From: Candidatus Omnitrophota bacterium | GTDB taxonomy: Bacteria; Omnitrophota; Gorgyraeia; Zapsychrales; Fredricksoniimonadaceae | Length of the DNA stretch: 64,000 nt | Reading direction: 5' to 3' | NCBI GenBank assembly: GCA_028870995.1 | Contig: JAGWOI010000012.1 | Coordinates: 1,501 to 65,500 of the forward strand | Shown: positions 19,218 to 28,090 of the stretch, piece after piece | Layout: each line of letters begins with the position of its first letter | Numbering within the stretch: the first letter of the stretch is position 1 | Notes under the pieces: generated by a model | Told to the model about the DNA's origin: nothing | Database searches by the model: none | The model's input: only the letters and a program-made list of their open reading frames with translations | Program-made: the position numbers and the translations under genes

Positions 19218-19251
19218 AAAAGGGGACTGTCACTTTTTTCAGTCCCCTTTT
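19218..19251. repeat. intergenic inverted repeat (GGGGACTG...CAGTCCCC), REP-like or terminator
   Basis: aaaaggggactg (19218-19229) pairs with cagtcccctttt (19240-19251). Confidence 0.7.
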
Positions 19252-19267
19252 TTATGGGTCTACAACA

Positions 19268-19690
19268 TTATTTTCTTTTGACGCTGGTCTTGTGTTCGAA
19301 CTTAGGCGCATCCTGCCAAAGATGTTCAAGGGCATAAAACTCTCGAGCGGCGGGTTCAAAAATATGAGCAACCACATCACCCAAATCCAGCAAAATCCAC
19401 GCCCCGTTCTCCTGGGAGTACTGGATGCTGGAAAAAGACTTTAAGGTACGGGCAAGATTGACCTTAACGCCTTCTTTTTGAAGCCCTTCTTCGATACCCT
19501 CGGCAATGGCTTTGACCTGACGGTCGGACGTTCCGGTGGCGACGACAAAAAAATCGCAGAAATTCACCAACTCCCGCATGTCAAGAATGACAATGTCCTG
19601 CGCTTTGATACTGTCGGCAAATCCTGCTACCTTTTGGGCCAGCTGTAGCGAGCTTAAAACTTTCTTGACCGTAAAATTCTTCCTTGACAC
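19268..19690 (-). CDS. rsfS: ribosome silencing factor RsfS (Iojap)
   Basis: KAQDIVILD, DFFVVATGTS.RQVKAIA and WILLDLGDVVAHIF...REFYALE.LW. Confidence 0.95.
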   Translation of the reverse strand: MSRKNFTVKKVLSSLQLAQKVAGFADSIKAQDIVILDMRELVNFCDFFVVATGTSDRQVKAIAEGIEEGLQKEGVKVNLARTLKSFSSIQYSQENGAWILLDLGDVVAHIFEPAAREFYALEHLWQDAPKFEHKTSVKRK

Positions 19691-19864
19691 TTACTTCTTT
19701 TTAAGTTTGGCGGCCTGATCCTTGCTCAAAACGCGCCAGCATTCATGCGAACCTTTGGGAGACTTGGTCACCGCAAAAAAACGACCTCCTTTTTCCTTCA
19801 CTTGATAATCATCGGAGTCGAATTTGCTCTTGGTCTTCACATCGTAGAACGATAATTTCTCCAT
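19691..19864 (-). CDS. 57-aa basic protein resembling crenarchaeal chromatin protein CC1
   Basis: Manual translation MEKLSFYDVKTKSKFDSDDYQVKEKGGRFFAVTKSPKGSHECWRVLSKDQAAKLKKK. SD AAGGAGG at 19876-19870; stop abuts the rsfS start; below the ORF-track length cutoff. Confidence 0.85.
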   Translation of the reverse strand: MEKLSFYDVKTKSKFDSDDYQVKEKGGRFFAVTKSPKGSHECWRVLSKDQAAKLKKK

Positions 19865-19903
19865 CCAGGCCTCCTTAAAACATAAGGGTTAAATTTACGT
19901 CAA

Positions 19904-19932
19904 AGTCTAATTGATATTCTTTTCTTTGTCAA
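19904..19932 (-). promoter_or_regulatory. sigma70 promoter for the CC1-like gene / rsfS
   Basis: TTGACA(19932-19927)-17 nt-TAGACT(19909-19904). Confidence 0.7.
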
Positions 19933-19933
19933 T

Positions 19934-20959
19934 TCAATTTGATTCAGATTTAAGAGAACGATTCATTAAATCCTTCAAGGCACGGCGGGCAGGCTTGTTT
20001 TCATAAATGATCTTATAAACCTCGGTCACAATGGGCATGGCGATCCGTTTTTTACGGCTCAAGCGGTACACGGCCTTGGCGGTCACCACCCCTTCAGCCA
20101 CCGCGTTCATACCGCCCAGAACATCCTTGATCTTGCTTCCGCGGCCCAGGGCCTCTCCGACTGTACGGTTGCGGCTGCTGGGACTGAAACAAGTGGTCGC
20201 CAGGTCCCCCAAGCCCGCCAGGCCGTAAAAAGTTTCACGCCGGCCGCCCAGAGCGGTGCCTAGCCGGGTAATTTCCGCCAGCCCCCTTGTCAAAATTGCG
20301 GCCTTGGTGTTGGTGCCCAACCCCAGACCATCGCAGATCCCGCAGGCCAGTGCAATGACATTCTTGACGCTCCCCCCTATTTCCACGCCAACCACGTCGG
20401 TATTGGTATAAATGCGGAAGGTATCCGAGTTGAAGACCTTTTGGACGGTCTTGGCCAATTCTTCCCGCCGGCAGGCCGCCACTGCTGTCGTAGGAATGCC
20501 GCCGGCGACTTCGGGCGCGATGGTCGGGCCCGACAAAACCACCAGCGGCACCTGCAGATGTTCATGAACAATTTCGGACATGCGTTTAAAAGAATCCGGA
20601 TTGATGCCCTTGACAACACTGACAAAAACCTTGCCCTTATAAGCTGTCCGGCGGACTTTTTCCAGGGTGGATGCCAGATATTCCGAAGGCACGGCCAAAA
20701 CAACCATTTGGCCGAAGCCCACCGCCTCGTGGATATCGGAGGTCAACCGCACCTGGGAAGGGATTTTAAAACCGGGAAGGAATTTCTTGTTTTCACGGGC
20801 CCGGGCGCATTGGGCGATGTTTTCAGGAAAAGCACCCCACAGCGTGACAGAATAATTTTTACGGCTTAAATGGATGGCCAAGGTCGTCCCCCAGCCGCCG
20901 TCGCCGATGACACTGATCGTCTTGATAGGTTTTATCGCCAAATGAAGATCTCCCGCCAA
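19934..20959 (-). CDS. gpsA: NAD(P)H-dependent glycerol-3-phosphate dehydrogenase
   Basis: GDGGWGTTLA, LSGPTIA.EV, GGSVKNVIALA.G, GLAGLGDL..TC and SRNR. The true start may be TTG 20941. Confidence 0.96.
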   Translation of the reverse strand: MAGDLHLAIKPIKTISVIGDGGWGTTLAIHLSRKNYSVTLWGAFPENIAQCARARENKKFLPGFKIPSQVRLTSDIHEAVGFGQMVVLAVPSEYLASTLEKVRRTAYKGKVFVSVVKGINPDSFKRMSEIVHEHLQVPLVVLSGPTIAPEVAGGIPTTAVAACRREELAKTVQKVFNSDTFRIYTNTDVVGVEIGGSVKNVIALACGICDGLGLGTNTKAAILTRGLAEITRLGTALGGRRETFYGLAGLGDLATTCFSPSSRNRTVGEALGRGSKIKDVLGGMNAVAEGVVTAKAVYRLSRKKRIAMPIVTEVYKIIYENKPARRALKDLMNRSLKSESN

Positions 20960-21636
20960 ATCTCAAACATATACGCCGCGCCCCATTTCAACACCTGCAG
21001 TTTGCGCTCCCCGCCTTCGCGGGCAGGCTCATCACCGGGGATTTCAGCCAGACGCAATTTGCGCTTGGCCGCCCGGATGGACAACAGCGGCTCCCAGCTG
21101 ATCTTGGTCTTGAATAATCTCTCTTCAAAAGAATAACTGGAATCTTTGTCCAGATCCAAATCATAGATCAATTTTTTATAATAAGCGCGATAAATCACCA
21201 TGGCATCGGTATACTTGGCGCCATGCAGCACATTGATGGAGCCTGTAAAGAGTTTATTGCCGAATCCGGTAACAGCGTCATCATCATAACTTTTTGCGCC
21301 CTGCGCATAGCGGGAGACGATGACCATGTCATAGCCTTCCTTCAGCTTGGCGATGCAGGCAGGGATGAGTTCAGGAATGGAATTCCCGTCCGGGCTGAAG
21401 GTCAGGATCACATCGCCTTTAATGGACGGCAAGGCATCCATATAAGCGCCACGGATGCCGGGCGATTGCTGGATCACAACATCGTAACCCATTTCACGGG
21501 CGATATCTGCAGTGCCATCCTTGGATTTTCCATCCACAATGAGGATCTGGTCCACCCACTCTTTTTTGACCTTGGGCATGACGGAACGCATCCCCACAGC
21601 TTCATTTAAAGTGGGCACCAAAAGGGTAACCTTCAT
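20932..21636 (-). CDS. GT2 glycosyltransferase (DPM-synthase-like)
   Basis: LVPTLNEA, IVDGKSKDGT, SPDGN and GYDMVIVSR motifs. Confidence 0.88.
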   Translation of the reverse strand: MKVTLLVPTLNEAVGMRSVMPKVKKEWVDQILIVDGKSKDGTADIAREMGYDVVIQQSPGIRGAYMDALPSIKGDVILTFSPDGNSIPELIPACIAKLKEGYDMVIVSRYAQGAKSYDDDAVTGFGNKLFTGSINVLHGAKYTDAMVIYRAYYKKLIYDLDLDKDSSYSFEERLFKTKISWEPLLSIRAAKRKLRLAEIPGDEPAREGGERKLQVLKWGAAYMFEIWREIFIWR

Positions 21637-21671
21637 AGATCTCCTGGCTTTAGTAAAACGGCCTTTGAATT

Positions 21672-21745
21672 TGGAGCGGGAGAACGGAATCGAACCGTCG
21701 TTCTCAGCTTGGAAGGCTGGAGTTCTACCACTGAACTACTCCCGC
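21672..21745 (-). tRNA. tRNA-Gly(TCC)
   Basis: GCGGGAG...CTTCCAA...GGTTCGATTCC...CTCCCGCTCCA cloverleaf; CCA encoded. Confidence 0.97.
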
Positions 21746-21789
21746 ATTGGTTCTAAGTTACGGTTTTCGTATGATTTGCAATGCCCTTT

Positions 21790-21818
21790 TTTATACCAGA
21801 AAAAAACGGCTAAAGCAA
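21790..21818 (-). promoter_or_regulatory. internal sigma70 promoter for tRNA-Gly/GT2/gpsA
   Basis: TTGCTT-17 nt-TATAAA with a TG extension (TCTGGTATAAA). Confidence 0.55.
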
Positions 21819-21862
21819 AAGAATAAAAAGCTTTTAAGGGTTTCGAAAAACCCAAATGAAAT

Positions 21863-21896
21863 CCCCAGCTCCCCCATTGATCTAGGGAAGCTGGGG
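21863..21896. terminator. GC-rich hairpin after tRNA-Tyr
   Basis: ccccagctcccc / gggaagctgggg imperfect stem, followed on the minus strand by ATTTCATTT. Confidence 0.5.
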
Positions 21897-21903
21897 CTAA
21901 TAA

Positions 21904-21984
21904 TGGGCAGGGAAGGATTCGAACCTCCGAAGCGTGTGCAGCAGATTTACAGTCTGCCCCCGTTGACCACTTGGGTACCTGCCC
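21904..21984 (-). tRNA. tRNA-Tyr(GTA)
   Basis: GGGCAGG acceptor stem, CTGTAAA loop, long variable arm and GGTTCGAATCC; CCA not encoded. Confidence 0.96.
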
Positions 21985-21997
21985 GTGAATCTCTATC

Positions 21998-22073
21998 TGG
22001 AGCTGGCTAGAGGCTTCGAACCCCCGACCTGCTGATTACAAATCAGCTGCTCTACCAACTGAGCTAAGCCAGC
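21998..22073 (-). tRNA. tRNA-Thr(TGT)
   Basis: GCTGGCTTAGCTCAGTTGGTAGAGC...TTTGTAA...TTCGAAG...AGCCAGCTCCA. Confidence 0.96.
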
Positions 22074-22199
22074 GCATTAAAGTCTGCTTATGCAGCTGCC
22101 GTTGATGCCCAACCGACACCCGCCTTCGCCTATAAATTTACACTATTCATCACGAAATGTGAAGCAAAAGCGTGCCGCAAATAGCGTTAGCGGAAGTTT

Positions 22200-22228
22200 T
22201 TTATACCAGAATTGCAGCAGGCTGTAAA
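22200..22228 (-). promoter_or_regulatory. sigma70 promoter for tRNA-Thr-Tyr
   Basis: TTTACA-17 nt-TATAAA with a TG extension; same TCTGGTATAAAA context as the 21790 promoter. Confidence 0.6.
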
Positions 22229-22446
22229 GAAGGATTTCGTAAATACACTTTAGGATGACCTGCTTACCCTGCCGGAATAATGAGATTCTTGAAAGGGAAC
22301 TAACAAAAGCAGCACAATCCCCAGGGGATCTGTATCCCACGGGGAGGCAATTGCTGAAAAAAAACCGCTTTTTAATCCTCTTTTCATTCTTACTTCATTT
22401 CCTGCGTGAAAGAATAACACGCGTTTTAGTTTAGAAAGGAGAGCTT

Positions 22447-23331
22447 ATGAACAGCAAACACATACTTGAAGAACCGGTAGCTTCAACGGTCATCAGCCAC
22501 CGTTTTAGCCATGCCGTGTGGGGCGCCATATTCGCAGGATCCTTTGTTATTGTCGTCAGTCAAATGGTACTGGCCTTTTTGGGGGCCAGCATCGGGTTAT
22601 CAACCCTCAACATCGTCCAAGGAAACAATATCAAAGCCTTGGGGGTGGGCGCCGCCATCTGGTGGATCATAAGCACCTGCATCGCCTGTTACGCCGGAGG
22701 AATGGTCGCGGGACGTTTATCAGGCATTCCCCGTCAACTGGACGGGATTTTGCACGCTCTTGTTGCCTTTTCGATGACCGTCCTATTTTCCTTCCTGTTT
22801 CTGTCATCCTCCCTGGGCGCCATTATTGCCGGCGGCATGGGCGTTTTCAAGGCGGGCATGCAGTCAGCGGCCGCGGTGGCCCCGCAGATAGCCGGCGGTG
22901 TCAGCAGCATGTTGCCGCAGGGAATGGTCAATAGCAGCGACGAAGCCACACGTAATGAAATAAACCAGGTTTTTTCACAGTTACAGAACCCTGCCCAGCG
23001 TCAAGAGCTCGCCGATGCGCTGGCTGCCATGGCCTCTACCAATAATGTCCAGGCCCAAAAGCAACAGGCTGTGAATATTTTAACCCAAAACGGCATCATG
23101 AGTCAGCCGCTGGCAACAGACACCGTCAATCGTTGGAGCCAAAACATCCAAAATATAAAACAGGATCTCCAGGGGGTGGCGCAAACGGCTGCCCAGTCTG
23201 CCCAAGGAGCATCAAGGGCAGCGGCAGGATTGGCCTTTGCTTCATTTATTATGCTGGTTTTAGGCGGTATCTTTGCAGGCTGGGGAGGTTCCGCAGGAGC
23301 TCCTCATTGGGCTGATCAGGAGATCGCATAA
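22447..23331 (+). CDS. hypothetical membrane protein (WGAIFAG-type N-terminus, Q/A-rich soluble domain)
   Basis: AAGGAG SD; three TMs, a Gln/Ala-rich helical region and a final TM. Confidence 0.8.
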   Translation: MNSKHILEEPVASTVISHRFSHAVWGAIFAGSFVIVVSQMVLAFLGASIGLSTLNIVQGNNIKALGVGAAIWWIISTCIACYAGGMVAGRLSGIPRQLDGILHALVAFSMTVLFSFLFLSSSLGAIIAGGMGVFKAGMQSAAAVAPQIAGGVSSMLPQGMVNSSDEATRNEINQVFSQLQNPAQRQELADALAAMASTNNVQAQKQQAVNILTQNGIMSQPLATDTVNRWSQNIQNIKQDLQGVAQTAAQSAQGASRAAAGLAFASFIMLVLGGIFAGWGGSAGAPHWADQEIA

Positions 23332-23360
23332 GATAAATTCACGTCATCAAAAAACACCTC

Positions 23361-23397
23361 TTAGAAAGCCCGCCATGGAGTGCGGCGGGCTTTCTAA
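23361..23397. terminator. bidirectional terminator between convergent genes
   Basis: 14-bp perfect inverted repeat ttagaaagcccgcc / ggcgggctttctaa. Confidence 0.8.
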
Positions 23398-23400
23398 AAT

Positions 23401-24066
23401 TTATTTTCTTAAAGGGATACCGATATCGATCACCTTCACACAGCCGGTGACAAACCGCCCCTCGTTTTTAAAAAATCCCTTTTTAGGGCAGCTAAAGGTC
23501 ACCGTCAGGTCTGCCTTAACGCAAATGCCGAATACTTTGCCAGCCGTTCCGTCCAAACCCGAAGGGATATCAACCGCAATCACATAGGATTTCGCGGCAT
23601 TAAGGGCTTCTATAATCCCGTAATAAGGTTCCCGGAGGGGACGATTTAACCCCACGCCGAACAAGGCATCGAGAATCACATCAGCCGACCGGATGGACTT
23701 TTGAAAAAGAGCCTCGGGGCCATGCATAGGCCTGACACCGATCTTTAGCCTCTTGAGGATATTGTAATTAGCCAAGGCATCCGGCTTGAGTTGAGCAACA
23801 CTTCCAGCCAGATAAACCTGTGGATTGAAGCCCATATTGGAGATGAACCTGGCCGCGACAAGCCCGTCGCCGCCGTTGTTACCCGTCCCACAGACAATGA
23901 CGATCCGGGATTTATTCCGCCGCTTTAAATAGGCAGCCGCTTCCATGGCAACACCCCGCCCCGCATTCTCCATGAGGCTTAAGGAGGGAATGCCGATACG
24001 GGTGATAGCCCAGCGGTCCAGCATCTGGGATTGTCGGACGGTTAATGCACCGCTAAAAGATCTCAT
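23401..24066 (-). CDS. nnrE: NAD(P)H-hydrate epimerase (stand-alone YjeF_N)
   Basis: LMENAG, CGTGNNGGDGLVAAR, DALFGVG and AVDIPSG motifs. Confidence 0.93.
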   Translation of the reverse strand: MRSFSGALTVRQSQMLDRWAITRIGIPSLSLMENAGRGVAMEAAAYLKRRNKSRIVIVCGTGNNGGDGLVAARFISNMGFNPQVYLAGSVAQLKPDALANYNILKRLKIGVRPMHGPEALFQKSIRSADVILDALFGVGLNRPLREPYYGIIEALNAAKSYVIAVDIPSGLDGTAGKVFGICVKADLTVTFSCPKKGFFKNEGRFVTGCVKVIDIGIPLRK

Positions 24067-25072
24067 ATTGGCTGCTTTGACGGAACATCATCTCCACCAA
24101 TTCCAAAACCTCTTCCACCTTAATGGCCCCTGGTTGAAACGTGTTGTTCAATATGAAACTTTTGGGTCCCAAAGGCCGCCAGCGTTTGACGTTGACACCG
24201 GGGTTATCGCGCATAAACAAAGAAACCACACTGGTGCCGACTCCCGCAGCCACATGCACCGGCCCTGAATCATTGGAGATCAATAAACGCGCCCGCTTCA
24301 ATAAACTGGCCATTTGGGCCACGGAAGTATGGCCCGTCAAATTGACATATTGGGATGCCTTGGGACTCACCCGCAGGATTTCGGCGGCTATCGGTGCTGT
24401 GACAGGAGCCCCGATCAACACGATCTTTAAAGGATAGCGCTCGCTTAATGCATCCATCAATCGGGCAAAATGGACTGCCGGCCAACATTTGGCCGGATCG
24501 GAAGCGCCGGGATGAACGGCAATAAAATCATTGGATTTCAAATTGTTTTCCAGCATCCAGTTCCTTGCCCAATTTTCCGCCTCCGGCTGCAAAGGCACCA
24601 GCATGTCCAAATCATCATTTTCAACACCGATGGCTTTTAAAACGTCCTTACAATATTGGGCCTCATGTTTTTCTCCTAAAGCCCTGCCGTCCTTTATAGG
24701 ATGCGTCAGCAGAAAACCATATTTGTTATTTTTATAGCCCAGCCGGTAAGGGATACACGCCAAAGCGCAGGCCAGGTTGTATCGGCGTTTGGTATGATAA
24801 ATAACGGCCAGATCGAACCGCCTTGCCCTAAGCTCCCCGGCCAATCTGACGAACCCCCCTATTCCCCGGTGCTTGCCCTGACGATCATCGACAAGGATCT
24901 CATCCAGGTAGGGATTGCCGTTGACCAGATCCCGCGTGGCTGAAGCCACAAGGATGGAAATGCGTGATCCCGGATAGGCCTGGCGCAGCGCCTTAATGGA
25001 AGGCGTTGTCAACACGACGTCCCCGATACGGTCGGTGCGGATGATCAAGATATTACGGAATTGGTTTTTCAT
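24053..25072 (-). CDS. GT9 LPS heptosyltransferase-family protein
   Basis: RTDRIGDVVLTTP, HPGAS...KCWP and SNDSGPVHVAA motifs. Confidence 0.92.
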   Translation of the reverse strand: MKNQFRNILIIRTDRIGDVVLTTPSIKALRQAYPGSRISILVASATRDLVNGNPYLDEILVDDRQGKHRGIGGFVRLAGELRARRFDLAVIYHTKRRYNLACALACIPYRLGYKNNKYGFLLTHPIKDGRALGEKHEAQYCKDVLKAIGVENDDLDMLVPLQPEAENWARNWMLENNLKSNDFIAVHPGASDPAKCWPAVHFARLMDALSERYPLKIVLIGAPVTAPIAAEILRVSPKASQYVNLTGHTSVAQMASLLKRARLLISNDSGPVHVAAGVGTSVVSLFMRDNPGVNVKRWRPLGPKSFILNNTFQPGAIKVEEVLELVEMMFRQSSQYEIF

Positions 25073-26039
25073 CTTTTAATGCTTCGATGGCTTTAATCAC
25101 ATCTTCAGGTTTAATAAAGGACATGCATTGATGCGGCGCTTTCATCTTTGGGTCGCGGCAACGCTCGCAGAGCTCATTGCGTTTGACCACCACCGACCGA
25201 TCAGACCAGGGGGCATACTTTTCCAAAGGCGTGGGGCCCCAAAGAACAACCAGAGGCACATTCAAATAGGAAGCCAGGTGCATGACACCGCTGTCATGCG
25301 TCAAGGCCAAGGCCGCCTTTTTAAGAACATAGGCCAATTGACGCAGACTGCTTTTGCCGGCCAGGGACAGCGAAGGGCTTTTCATCCGGTTTTGGATGGA
25401 CGTAATGACCGCCCTGTCCTTGGCATCACCGACAAAAATAACCTTGGTGGATCGGGAGAGATGATCTGCCACCGCCACAAACCCGTCGGGCGTCCAGCGT
25501 TTCTCGCTCGAAGCGGCGCCGGGAGCTACCACCACAAACGGTTGGGTGCGGACAAAAGGAGCCACCTCTTCATCGAAAAAGCGCTCATCCTGCGTCACTG
25601 TCACCACGGCATATTGCCTGGCGGCAGGAACTTCGAAAGGATACAGCCGCCGTAGATGGTTTAAATGCCCGTCCTTCTTATGACCATGATAAACATGAAA
25701 GGCGGCCACCGGTGTCGCATATTTAGGCATTAAGAAAACAGGCAGCATGGTTCGGCGCAGATCAATCACACAGTCATAATGTTGACGGCGGACCTCTAAG
25801 AACCAGGCCTGTTTTTCCTGCAGCGAAGAACGCTTGTCAAAAATCTTGACCTTAAAATGAGGATTGTCTTCAAAAAGTGAGACGGCCTTTGGTCCTATCA
25901 TCACGTCCATCCGCGCTTCGGGAAAATTTTCGCACAAGACGTCGATCACCGGGCAGGTCAGGACCACATCCCCGATATTCGTGAGGCTGAAGACCAGGAT
26001 ATGTTTAGGATCGCAATTTTTCGAAAGCTTGGGCCACAT
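25053..26039 (-). CDS. GT9 LPS heptosyltransferase-family protein
   Basis: LTNIGDVVLTCP, APGAA...KRW and THDSGVMHLAS motifs. Confidence 0.9.
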   Translation of the reverse strand: MWPKLSKNCDPKHILVFSLTNIGDVVLTCPVIDVLCENFPEARMDVMIGPKAVSLFEDNPHFKVKIFDKRSSLQEKQAWFLEVRRQHYDCVIDLRRTMLPVFLMPKYATPVAAFHVYHGHKKDGHLNHLRRLYPFEVPAARQYAVVTVTQDERFFDEEVAPFVRTQPFVVVAPGAASSEKRWTPDGFVAVADHLSRSTKVIFVGDAKDRAVITSIQNRMKSPSLSLAGKSSLRQLAYVLKKAALALTHDSGVMHLASYLNVPLVVLWGPTPLEKYAPWSDRSVVVKRNELCERCRDPKMKAPHQCMSFIKPEDVIKAIEALKDEKPIP

Positions 26040-27012
26040 CGCTCACCGTCACCGATTTCATGCAAACATTGCTGCCGCATGCCAAATGATAACAAGGCGC
26101 CTTGTTGCAACCGATTTCATTAAAAAGGATGATGGAACGCCCCCCGCCCCGCGGACCGGTGATCTCCGGGCGCGTCGATCCATAAATACCGATAATATTG
26201 CCCCCCACACTGTGGGCCAAATGCAAAGGACCGGAATCGGCGGAAATGACGCCCAAAGCCTGTTTATAAAGAGCCAGGGATTCGCCTAAAGCGGTTTCAC
26301 CGGCCATCACAACCCCTTTGACACCGGAGATCTTCATGATGTGTCGGCAAAGTTCCCTGTCGTGGTGGCCTCCTGAAAAAACGACCGGCAGATCAAACTG
26401 TTCGTTAAGACGTTTAGCCAGTTGGGCAAAAGCATCCGGCCCCCAGCGTTTAAGGTCCCAATTGCCGCCGGGGTTTAAAACGACATAATCTTTCATGGGT
26501 TTCAAACCTGCGTTGGCAAGTTTGGTTCTTAAGCTTTGAATGTCCTCCGCCTTCAAACGCAGTTCGCAGGTGCGGTCCTGGACCTTGATCCCAAAACCTT
26601 CCACCGCTTTCAAATAATAATCACAGCGGTGCATATCTTCCGCAGCCATGGCCACGGGATGCGTCAAAAGACCGGGCGTCTTGCTATAACCGATGCGCAA
26701 AGGCACTCCTGCCAAATACACCATGAGAGACCTCGTCAGGGAGCGGTGCAGTAAAAAGGCGGCATCGAATTTTTTCTTCCTTAATGAGGCGATCAATCCT
26801 AATTTCCGCCAAGGGTAACGGTGCCTGCCCCGTTCATCATAAACGATGATCTTGTCCACATAAGGGCAATACTGAAGGACTTCCTTGACCCGAGGCGCGC
26901 ACAAACAGGTCAGGCGCGCCTGCGGATAGGTTTTTTTGAGTGTTTTAAAGACCGGGATGGAAAATACAGCATCCCCCAGCCAGTTGATATTAACGACGAG
27001 AATATTGTTCAT
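26005..27012 (-). CDS. waaF: LPS heptosyltransferase II-like (GT9)
   Basis: NWLGDAVFSIP, NPGGNWDLKRW and SADSGPLHLA motifs. Confidence 0.8.
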   Translation of the reverse strand: MNNILVVNINWLGDAVFSIPVFKTLKKTYPQARLTCLCAPRVKEVLQYCPYVDKIIVYDERGRHRYPWRKLGLIASLRKKKFDAAFLLHRSLTRSLMVYLAGVPLRIGYSKTPGLLTHPVAMAAEDMHRCDYYLKAVEGFGIKVQDRTCELRLKAEDIQSLRTKLANAGLKPMKDYVVLNPGGNWDLKRWGPDAFAQLAKRLNEQFDLPVVFSGGHHDRELCRHIMKISGVKGVVMAGETALGESLALYKQALGVISADSGPLHLAHSVGGNIIGIYGSTRPEITGPRGGGRSIILFNEIGCNKAPCYHLACGSNVCMKSVTVSDVAQAFEKLRS

Positions 27013-28090
27013 ACACCTGTAGGGTCTTCTGGACCATGATATCGGCTGAAAAGTGTTCTTGGATATTCAAACGTGCCCTTTCAGCCATTGCCATCCCCTG
27101 TCCGGGATTTTTAAGCAAGGTGATGAGGCGGTCCGCCAGGACCGATTCATCGCGGCTTGGGACCAGAAAGCCGCTTTGGCCGTCTTCAATAAGATCAACC
27201 AATCCCCCTACAGCCGAGGCCACCACCGGGACGCCGCAGGCCTGAGCCTCCATGACCGACAACCCCAATCCCTCCATCAGGGAAGGCATGGCAAAAACAT
27301 CGAAAGCCGGCAGAATACGGTTGGTTTGATTGATCGTGTTCCTAAAAAAAACCTCCCCTGACAAGGACAAGTCAACAGCCAGTTTTTTTAAGTGCGCCTC
27401 TTCGGGGCCCTGCCCCACGATCATCAATCGGGCGCCGGGCATCTCTTTAAGAACACGGGGCATGGCCCTGATCAAAACATCGATGCCTTTGACATCTGAA
27501 AGCCTGGCGATAATCCCAATTAACGGTGTGTTCCCCGCAATCTTCCATTCTTGACGCACAAGGCGGCGCTGGACGTCATCGGCAGGCGCAAAACGTTTCA
27601 AATCGACACCGTTAACGATCCAGTGAATCCTATCCTGCGGCACATGAAAGTCCTCGCTCAAATGCCGGACAACGGGTTTGCTGATGGCAATGACGCCTTT
27701 GCCCCAGCAGGGAAAGGCCTTGCGAAACCAGCGCGGCCTAAAAAAACCGTGGCAGGTGGTGACCATAGGTATCCCCGTCAAACGGCTTAAGGCATGGCCC
27801 AGCACCTGGGTGACTCTCGTCTGGGAATGGATGATATTGATCTCGTTTTTCCAGGTCAAATCTTTTAATGCCCCCAAACTTAACCATAATTTCGGATGGA
27901 CTTCTGATTTGGTACGGATATTCAGCCGGACATGGCGCATCCCCAAAGCCTCCATCCGGGGAACAGCATCTCCGCCGCTGGAAACCACCCAGACATGATG
28001 CCCGGATGACACCAATCCCTCACCTAACGTCAAGATATAGCTTGTAATGCCCCCGGTATTGGCATGTGTAGTCAGGAAAAGGATGTTCAT
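26990..28090 (-). CDS. GT4 glycosyltransferase
   Basis: GGITSY, IARLSDVKG and EGLGLSVMEAQACG. ATG 28090 overlaps the upstream stop. Confidence 0.92.
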   Translation of the reverse strand: MNILFLTTHANTGGITSYILTLGEGLVSSGHHVWVVSSGGDAVPRMEALGMRHVRLNIRTKSEVHPKLWLSLGALKDLTWKNEINIIHSQTRVTQVLGHALSRLTGIPMVTTCHGFFRPRWFRKAFPCWGKGVIAISKPVVRHLSEDFHVPQDRIHWIVNGVDLKRFAPADDVQRRLVRQEWKIAGNTPLIGIIARLSDVKGIDVLIRAMPRVLKEMPGARLMIVGQGPEEAHLKKLAVDLSLSGEVFFRNTINQTNRILPAFDVFAMPSLMEGLGLSVMEAQACGVPVVASAVGGLVDLIEDGQSGFLVPSRDESVLADRLITLLKNPGQGMAMAERARLNIQEHFSADIMVQKTLQVYEQYSRR

